From contig CP006913.1 of assembly GCA_000503875.1 (NCBI GenBank), positions 120,001 through 152,000 on the forward strand: 32,000 nt of DNA. Direction: 5' to 3'. Origin of the DNA: Candidatus Saccharimonadota bacterium (lineage in GTDB: Bacteria; Patescibacteriota; Gracilibacteria; Absconditabacterales; Absconditicoccaceae). The position numbers and the translations under genes are program-made. Shown here one piece after another: positions 24,609-32,000 of this stretch; the first letter of the stretch is position 1; each line of letters begins with the position of its first letter. The notes below the pieces were generated by a model. It was given only the letters and a program-made list of their open reading frames with translations. It ran no database searches and was not told the origin of the DNA.

Positions 24609-25454
24609 TTATTTCATCAAGTTTTGAATTTCTGTATCAAATTTTTCAAATGGATATGCTCAATTTATTATAACATATTTTCCTGTTTGTTTATCGAGAA
24701 TTACATTTCCAGGAGTTCCATTGATTCCAAATATTGTACGAGCTTCTTCTAAGATACCATCAATCTTTGATTTGAATTCTTGATTGTTTACACAAGAAGT
24801 AAATTTTGAAGAATTAAGTCCAATTTCTTTTGCGAGAGCAAGTACATTATTGTCATCAAAACTTTCTTGTAGAAAAGCCTTGTCTAAGTATTTGTAGAAA
24901 GCATCACTTCCTCCAACTTTACCAGCACATTCAATAGCTTCAGCACCTTTAAATGCTGTAGGATGAAGTTGTACTAATGGCATATTTTTGAAGATAAGCG
25001 CTACATCATTTGGATATTTTTCCGCAACTTTTTGTAATGTTTGATCATTGTGATGTCTTTTACAGAAAGGACAAAGTATATCAGAATATTCGAATATTAC
25101 GAATCTAGCATCTTTGTTTCCTTTTATCAAAGTGTCTTTTAGGATAGCATCCATAGTTGCTTGATCAAGAGTAGTTCCCGTAGTAGCTCCATCAGTAGTT
25201 TCGCTAGTAGCAGCGCCTCCTTCCATAGATCAAAGAACTTGAGCTAATGTTTGTGCTTGTTGGCTTTTGAATGATTCGCTAGTATACAGTTTTTCTATCA
25301 TAGCGAAATTTTCTGATCCTCCAGCTTTAAGTGTTTCTACCCATAATGCATCTCTCTTAAAAAATGCTATATATACAGCAAGAATAAGATTAATAACCAA
25401 AAGAGATACACCAATAGTCTTTAGAGAATTTGTATTTAATATGTGTTTATTCAT
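24609..25454 (-). CDS. Membrane-anchored DsbA-like thiol:disulfide oxidoreductase with an N-terminal GGSENF module (281 aa)
   Basis: Two track ORFs are joined by TGA at 25227-25229. A further TGA at 24660-24662 extends the frame to TAA at 24609-24611. TM helix IGVSLLVINLILAVYIAFF, then ETLKAGGSENFAMIEKLY, a T/G-rich linker, and a thioredoxin fold with active site CPFC. Confidence 0.85.
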
Positions 25455-25482
25455 TGTTTGTGTATATGAAAAGATAAAGTAA

Positions 25483-25713
25483 TTATTTAACTCAAAGTGA
25501 TTCTAAACCTTGTTGTATTCAATCTTTTTGTTGAGCAACATATGATGGATGTTGGTATAATTGTTGCACAAGAGTAAAATTTTCTGATCAACCAGATTTC
25601 ATTATTTCCAATGAAACAGCATCTTTTTTGAAAAAGGAGATATACAATAAAAAGATAGCGTTTAATGCAAGAATAATAACGAGAATAGTATCAAAATGTT
25701 TAGTGATTTTCAT
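25483..25713 (-). CDS. Small membrane-anchored GGSENF-module protein (76 aa), paralog of the DsbA N-terminus
   Basis: ATG at 25713, TAA at 25483-25485, three TGA read through. TM helix ILVIILALNAIFLLYISFF followed by LEIMKSG-G-SENFTLVQQLY. It is missed by the standard-code ORF track. Confidence 0.65.
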
Positions 25714-25741
25714 AGAAATAGGGGATAGAAAAATAAATTAA

Positions 25742-26158
25742 TTATTGTTGTGGTTGTGCTTGTTGAACTTGTTCCATTTGTTCAGGAGTCAATTGAACAT
25801 TTTCTGCTGAAGGTGTAGCTTGTTGTGGTTGAGACAATATTTGAAGTGCTTGTTCTAATTGTTGTCTTTGTTGCATTTTGTATCCTTCAGTTTGGAATAC
25901 TTGTTTTAATAATCCATAATTTTCTGATCCACCAGCTCTTAATGCTTCCATTTTTGTTTGATTAATGAGAACAAGAGCCAATAATACAGTATTTACTACC
26001 ATAAGAATAAGCATAAAAACTTTTCTAACTTTGATATTGTTGCAGCAAGGTGTTGAACAACAAGATTCTGAAGAAGAAATCTTTCTTGTTTCTACAGTGA
26101 TTGTTGGTTTTGCAATTACTTTTGCAGGAGCTTTTGTAATAGGTTTTTTAACTACCAT
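25742..26158 (-). CDS. Membrane-anchored GGSENY-module protein with cytoplasmic CCxxxCC motif and Gln-rich tail (138 aa)
   Basis: ATG at 26158 (the track uses TTG at 26197). N-terminal KKPITKAPAKV...SSSESCCSTPCCNN, TM helix FMLILMVVNTVLLALVLI, then MEALRAGGSENYGLLKQVF and a Q-rich C-terminus. Confidence 0.72.
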   Translation of the reverse strand: MVVKKPITKAPAKVIAKPTITVETRKISSSESCCSTPCCNNIKVRKVFMLILMVVNTVLLALVLINQTKMEALRAGGSENYGLLKQVFQTEGYKMQQRQQLEQALQILSQPQQATPSAENVQLTPEQMEQVQQAQPQQ

Positions 26159-26325
26159 GATAATAAATAATAAAATGTAAAATAAACTACCAATCAAAAT
26201 ATAAATTTACGGAGGAAAAACAAGTTAATACACAATTAGAAAAGCATTTTGGATTGACTTTAAAACGATAATGTTTATAATAAAATATCAAATAAAAACA
26301 AAAAAAACCAAAAAAATAAAAACGT

Positions 26326-27267
26326 ATGAAGAAATTTATTTTGTTTTTGGTAATACTTATTACAATAGGTATTCCAAGTAGAGGTCAGTTTAAAAAGCTA
26401 GGACTTCTTCAAAATTATGGATCGCTTGTAGATGGTTTAGAACCAATGAAGCCATTGCCAGCTAAAGAAAAAGCATTTTATATGCCATGGATGGATACTG
26501 TCGTTTCTATTCATAGAGAGTTAGCTGCCTTTCTTGAGGTCGATTTTCCTTTGGATACCACAATGGTAATAGTTGATAAAGACAAAAAAATATCAAAGGA
26601 AGATTTAGAACTTATTGCAAGAATTAGTCTTATAAAAGACTTTCCAAAAAAAGAAATTGCTTGGAAAGGCTGGAAAGAAAAAGAAAAAAACAAAAGAGCT
26701 GCTTACGAAAAACAAAGATTATCCTTGATAAAAAGTACATTTGAAAAAGCAAATGCAGATTCAAATCTTACTATGATGGGATCAACCTTGGAATTGATGG
26801 TCTTTTATTATCAAAATAGATCTTTGTTATCTACAAAAAAAGCTTATGAAGAATATGGGGAAGAATTTGTTTTGATGAGAGCTCAATTTGATAAAAGGTT
26901 AAAGAACTGCTTGGAAAAAAATTCCTGTTCATATCAAGATGTTAGTAATATGTTTGGTATAGCAGTTAATGCTTGGCCAAACACAAATCTAGCGTATGAT
27001 GTTTTACAAGGATGGTATGGACAACAATTATCGTACCTTTTTCGTGGCAATGATCCTTTGCAAGAAATCACTTTTGTTGCTACCACCGAATGTTTTCTTT
27101 CTCTTCTTTATTTGTATAATATTGAAGGACGAAAAGGATCACCCGAATTAGTAAGAGCATATGAAAATCTTATGAAATTAAATTATCCTTCATGGGAAAA
27201 ACAGATTGTAAAAACTAATATCAAAAGGTATCTAAAAGAAGAGATGGATGTACACCCTTCTCAATAG
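26326..27267 (+). CDS. Secreted hypothetical protein (313 aa)
   Basis: Uninterrupted ORF with signal peptide MKKFILFLVILITIGIPSRG. No TGA codons. I recognise no domain. Confidence 0.72.
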   Translation: MKKFILFLVILITIGIPSRGQFKKLGLLQNYGSLVDGLEPMKPLPAKEKAFYMPWMDTVVSIHRELAAFLEVDFPLDTTMVIVDKDKKISKEDLELIARISLIKDFPKKEIAWKGWKEKEKNKRAAYEKQRLSLIKSTFEKANADSNLTMMGSTLELMVFYYQNRSLLSTKKAYEEYGEEFVLMRAQFDKRLKNCLEKNSCSYQDVSNMFGIAVNAWPNTNLAYDVLQGWYGQQLSYLFRGNDPLQEITFVATTECFLSLLYLYNIEGRKGSPELVRAYENLMKLNYPSWEKQIVKTNIKRYLKEEMDVHPSQ

Positions 27268-27290
27268 AAATTATAAGAAATTAGATTAAG

Positions 27291-27321
27291 GAGCCAGCAT
27301 TATTTGCTAGGCTCTTTTTTT
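27291..27321 (+). terminator. Intrinsic terminator that overlaps the 3' end of the convergent gene
   Basis: Stem gagccagca / tgct-a-ggctc, loop ttatt, then a T-tract. The TAA of the minus-strand gene (27300-27302) lies in the loop. Confidence 0.75.
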
Positions 27322-28604
27322 GTATGAAAAACATATCAAATAATAACTCCAAAAAAGGTAAAAAAAGTATAATTTACCATACTATCTTCAAATACATGCA
27401 AGAAAATTCACATTATAAGCAAAGCAATCCAGCCTATTGCAAAAGCACGGATATATGAGCCAAAAAGTTCTCCATGAAACATTTTTTTGATTTTTTTTCG
27501 ACATACAATATACCATCACACAAAAATCAAAAAGCCAATTATTCAGATATCAATCAATAATTGGATGAAATAATTTTCGGGAAGAATATTTCCGTTGTGA
27601 TGAATTGCTGGTCAAGAACTTCATAAACCATATCAAAGTGGTTTAGATAACACATATCAAATACTAGAAAATTTCGCTGTTATATGAGCCAAAGTCGAAG
27701 ATTCTTTGAGAAAACTTAACCCAAAAATTCCAATGATACCAATACCAATAATAGCTATGCTTATTTTCCAATGACGTTTCCATCGATGAATATTCATCAG
27801 AAATAGGACTACAATTGTCCCCAAAAGAGCGCTCCTAGATAGTGTTAAAACAATAGCTCCAAATCGCAAAAAATAAACAAACAAAGAAATCAGATTTTGT
27901 TTCTTGATAAATATATCTTTCCACGAATTCAAAGAAAATTTAAAATAGCTTATAATCAAAGGTAAAAACACTACCAAAAAATATCCATAATTATTGGGTC
28001 CCGCAAAAATTCATTGCCATCTGAGAGTCCCTCAAAATCCAGTCAAATAATAAATTGGAGGATGTACTCAAAAGAAGAAATCATTGAGTGGACCATATCC
28101 TAACCAAAAGAAAAAATCAGGAAAAATAAGTTTTGCTCATTGCCAAAAAAATCAAATAACGACAACACTTACCAATGTCCAAACAAAAAAACGAAGGAAA
28201 CCATAAACTTTTTCGTCGCGTTCAAGGGTATGTTGTTTTGTATCTGGTTTGGCAAACACATGACCTAGAAACGTAGCACTAAGAAACAAAAAAATGTAAT
28301 GAAAACCATATTTAAATCATACGAACATATCATAGATTGTCTTTTCTTGAATATACGAAAAAAATACAGAAATCCCCAAAAGAGTGAAGAAAAGATATCG
28401 GAGTTGTTTTCGTTGTCTTCGATATGATTTGAACGTAGAAAGTGAAGTGAAAAAATAGCCAATCAATAGGACCATCCAAAGTCAATCCCTTGCTAATGCT
28501 GGGATTTGTGGAAAATTTCCTTGAAAAATCCCAAATCATAGGACGGTAACAAGGACATGATACAACAAAAACAAAAGCAAAAATCCACGAAGAATGACAA
28601 GCAT
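27300..28604 (-). CDS. O-antigen ligase / polymerase family (Wzy_C-like) membrane protein (434 aa)
   Basis: ATG at 28604, TAA at 27300-27302. I followed the frame codon by codon from 27978 to the start. Polytopic protein with TLSRSALLG and G-YGL-G-SS-G-PAIHHNGNILPENYFIQLLIDI-G-IIGF motifs. More than 20 TGA read through. Confidence 0.8.
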
Positions 28605-28713
28605 TATCGATGATTACGAGATAATTACGCCGAAAAAGATAGTCAAAACGTATTGAAAATCAACTCGTAATAGCTACAAATTACATCAGAATTTTTATGT
28701 TTTTGTAAAAGCT

Positions 28714-29640
28714 ATGATTAGTGTAATTATCCAGGGAAGAGGAGATAATATGATAAACGTGAAACGCAGTATTTCTTGTTTTATCAAACAAACACATAAG
28801 GACAAAGAATTAATTCTGGTTATTGATCAGCTATTTACTCAAGAATCATATGACGCTCGAATAAACGAAGTATTTGATTGAAATCTCAATATTTTTAAGA
28901 CGCATAATATTCATATATTTTCCAATCTAAATGCTGAGTTTATTCACAATAATGTCTGCTCAATGAGAAATTTTTGAGCACAACAGGCAAAATGAGAATA
29001 TATTTTGTTTATGGATGATGACGAGGATATACATGCAGATTATTTAACCAAAAATTTGGAATATCGAACAAAATATAAAAAAGTTTTGGGTAAGGATTTT
29101 GTGCTCACACCAACACTTATGTACAGGCATACAGGAGATATCCAAAATCAAGGATTTTCCCATTTTAACTACTGGTTGTCCAGGCCTATCGGATGTGTTC
29201 TGGGGCAAAGAGAGTGGGCAGAGATCCAGATGTACTCCTGAAATTCCCTGTTTGCCCCAGCATTCATCTTCCAACAAAACAAGATGGACGAACGTTTTGA
29301 TTTTATTTACGAAGATCTGGCATATAGTTATGCCCTCCATAAAGCATGATATCCAATACTCGTAACCAAAAATATCAAAGTGTATCATATGGAGAGAGAT
29401 AAAACAAAACTTGACCATGCATGGGTTGGAAACATATATCAGGCACATAGAAAATCCAAACATAGAATCTTATTTGTCCGCAAGTTTGCAACTTTTTGGC
29501 AGAAATTTCAGTTTTTTCTCCTATGATTTCGAGGCCAACCCATCCGACTTACATTAAAAGTCTTATTCAATAGACCCCAAAATATGTTTTCTATTATCAA
29601 ACACATCTGGAAAGGAACTATTGACGGATTAAGGGGATAG
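28714..29640 (+). CDS. Family 2 glycosyltransferase (308 aa)
   Basis: Reads MISVIIQGRG...LILVIDQ and FMDDDED (DxD). Seven TGA read through. TAG at 29638-29640. Confidence 0.8.
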
Positions 29641-29716
29641 TTATTTGATTGCAATTGGACAAGAAATCTCTATACTCGAAGCGATAGATTAGAATTTTAT
29701 TCTCCCTTAGAAAGCA

Positions 29717-31243
29717 ATGGAAAAAGTACTCTTAGTCATCCTTGATGGATTTTGAATAAACACGAAAACTCCAGAAGAAAATGCAATTATACAAGCAAAA
29801 ACACCAACGTTCCATGCTTTGTTTTCTGATTTACATACCAAACTAGATGCTTCAGGAAGAGCTGTTGGTTTACCAGATGGACAGATGTGAAATTCCGAAG
29901 TAGGGCATATGACTATAGGAACAGGTAGAATTATTAAACAAAATTTAGTAGCCATCGAAGATATGATCGATGATGGAAGTTTTGGTAAATTACCTAGTTT
30001 TTTAAATGGAATAGAGCACTGTAAAAAGAATAAATCAAATCTTCATATTCTTCAATTATTTGGTTCGGGTGGTGTACATGCTATGGATTCTCACCTCAAA
30101 AAAATATTACCATTAATTCCCAAAGATATCAATGTTTATCTACATCTTTTTGCTGATGGAAGGGATTTGGAACCAAAGTCTGCCGCAGCTTATATGCAAG
30201 AATTTGAAACATATTTAGAACAATTTCCCAATGTAGTTATTGCTTCTTTGTCAGGGAGATATTACGGAATGGATAGAGATAATAATCGAGAAAGAGTTCA
30301 AAAATCATATGATGAAATTATGTTTGGTCAATTACAAACGAATGATTTACCAAGCGAATATATAGCAAAATCTTACGAAAAAGAATTAACAGATGAATTT
30401 TTGATTCCCGTAAGTTTTATGGATGGAGAACAAATAGAGGATGGAGACGCTATATTCTTTTTGAATTTCAGGTCAGATAGAGCGAGACAAATGACGCAAG
30501 CATTGGTTGCTTCAATGAATCCAGAAAAGACAAAAAATTATATTGATCGTAATTCCAAATTTATGACCAAATCAATTAGAAATATTTATTTGGCTACAAT
30601 GACAAAATATTATAAAGAATATGACGGAAATGTTTTTGTAAAGGCATTTGATATCAAAAATACTTTGGGTGAAGTAGTATCTAGTAATGAAAAAAAGCAA
30701 CTCCATGTTGCAGAAACAGAAAAGTTTGCCCATGTTACCAAATTTTTTAACGGAGACAAACAAATTGTTTATAATGGAGAAAAAGATATTTTGGTTCCTT
30801 CCCATAAAGTAGCTACTTATGATTTAGATCCAGAAATGTCAGCACAAGAAATTTATGATCAACTTATTGAAAATATAAAATCATATGACTTTACCATAGT
30901 AAATTTCGCCAATTGAGATATGGTAGGGCACACAGGTATACTTCCAGCAGCAGAGCAAGCAGTTAAAAAATTAGATACAATCACCAAAAATTTAATAGAT
31001 TTCTGTAAAAAAAATACAATCCATCTTTTGATCACTGCGGATCATGGAAATTGTGAAGAAATGTGAACATTAGAAATTCCAAAAACTGCTCATACAACAA
31101 ATTTGGTTCCTTTTTGGTATATTATCAACGGTAAAACTCAAAAAACAAAAGCAACAGGTGGCTTATCTGATATAGCTCCTACAGTACTAAAACTTATGAA
31201 TATTGCTATTCCAAAAGATATGACAGGAAAATCTTTAGCATAA
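29717..31243 (+). CDS. gpmI: 2,3-bisphosphoglycerate-independent phosphoglycerate mutase (508 aa)
   Basis: Reads [24 protein letters not shown] (TGA at 29888-29890), FADGRD, and HG-NCE near the C-terminus. TAA at 31241-31243. Confidence 0.93.
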
Positions 31244-31266
31244 TTTTTACTTCTTTCTTATACTAT

Positions 31267-31746
31267 ATGAAAAGAGAAGGGTATATTTCTCGGGATGAAT
31301 ATTTTATGGGAGTAGCTTTATTGTCTTCTTATCGTAGCAAAGATCCAGCAAAGCAAGTAGGTGCTTGTATTGTTAACGACAAAAAAAGAATTATAGGAAT
31401 AGGATATAATTGATTTCCTCAAGGATGCTCAGATGAAGAATATCCACGACACAAAGGAGAAGATTTTTTGGACAATAAACATGCATACGTAGTTCATGCA
31501 GAAGCTAATGCTATCCTAAATAGTAGTGGAAATAATATTTATGGCTCAACAATATATGTTCTTTTATTCCCATGTCATGAATGTGCAAAACTGATTATTC
31601 AATCAGGAATCAAAAAAGTAGTCTATCTTTCTGATGAAAAAGCAGAAAGACACGATACGTTAGCAGCAAAAAGAATGTTTAAAAGTGCTGGCGTTGAAAC
31701 AGAAGGCTTTATACCTACAAATAAAGAACTTATACTTAAATTTTAG
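31267..31746 (+). CDS. dCMP deaminase (ComEB/DCTD-type zinc deaminase, 159 aa)
   Basis: Reads GIGYN-G-FP (TGA at 31411-31413), VHAEANAI and [12 protein letters not shown] at 31744-31746. Confidence 0.9.
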
Positions 31747-31820
31747 ATAGATTTTGTCACAAAGGTCAAGATAGCTCGTATACAATAATAGAGAATATCT
31801 TTTATTCGTTATGGTTTTCC

Positions 31821-31922
31821 ATGAAACATATGGTCCTCACAATAAACAATTATTCAGACGCCATTCCGTTATTTGGAGATTTTGCCGTAGCATGATTTGT
31901 CTATATAAACCCCTCGCAATAA
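31821..31922 (+). CDS. Candidate small ORF (33 aa), weakly supported
   Basis: Sequence MKHMVLTINNYSDAIPLFGDFAVA-G-FVYINPSQ with one TGA. It lies between the dCMP deaminase gene and a strong terminator. An alternative 41-aa frame from 31811 exists. Confidence 0.25.
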
Positions 31923-31944
31923 GAGCGCTTATATAAAAAAACAG

Positions 31945-31975
31945 ATGCTACGGAAAGAAAGCCCGTAGCATTTTT
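31945..31975. terminator. Strong intrinsic terminator (bidirectional geometry)
   Basis: A 9-bp perfect stem atgctacgg / ccgtagcat, a 9-nt loop, an A-tract upstream and ttttt downstream. Confidence 0.8.
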
Positions 31976-32000
31976 AGTATATACTAAACAGAAAAAATTA

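Noticed and set aside
29044-29463. A 139-aa minus-strand ORF and an 88-aa plus-strand ORF (29099-29365) in a locally GC-richer stretch
   Set aside because: They overlap the GT2 glycosyltransferase frame, which carries the DxD motif and joins neighbouring segments through TGA. The alternative products have no recognisable features.

Overview
This is a low-GC (roughly 30%) bacterial segment that only makes sense if UGA is read as glycine (translation table 25). Standard-code ORFs are fragmented. Reading through TGA joins the fragments into full-length genes, and the TGA codons fall on invariant Gly positions: IPK-G-S in pyrophosphatase, M-G-NSEVGH in GpmI, GYN-G-FP in dCMP deaminase, AP-G-S in RlmE and F-G-NNSFG in the PBP GT51 domain. 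That points to the Absconditabacteria (SR1) / Gracilibacteria group of the candidate phyla radiation.

I call 29 CDS, a complete rRNA gene set, one tRNA-His, several promoters and many intrinsic terminators. The CDS include a class A PBP, ppa, PrsW-like protease, RRM RNA-binding protein, RNHCP protein, RluA-family pseudouridine synthase, chorismate mutase, FkbM methyltransferase, eno, YgjP-like metallopeptidase, rlmE, a DsbA-like oxidoreductase, an O-antigen-ligase-like protein, a GT2 glycosyltransferase, gpmI, dCMP deaminase and several hypotheticals.

Five things stand out:
1. The rRNA genes are in the permuted order 23S-5S-16S. They look like one transcription unit, with separate long processing stems around 23S and 16S.
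2. The 16S 3' tail reads CCACC instead of the CCUCC anti-Shine-Dalgarno core, and essentially no gene has an SD motif.
3. A promoter-to-terminator structured RNA candidate of about 150 nt lies directly upstream of the RNHCP gene.
4. Three tandem paralogous membrane-anchored modules share a GGSEN[FY] motif, and one is fused to a CPFC thioredoxin-fold (DsbA-like) domain.
5. UGA-Gly usage is strongly gene-dependent, including a Bacteroidetes-like SprB-repeat surface protein with no UGA at all.

I found no CRISPR array, transposase or integrase. All homology calls come from motif recognition by eye, not from database searches.
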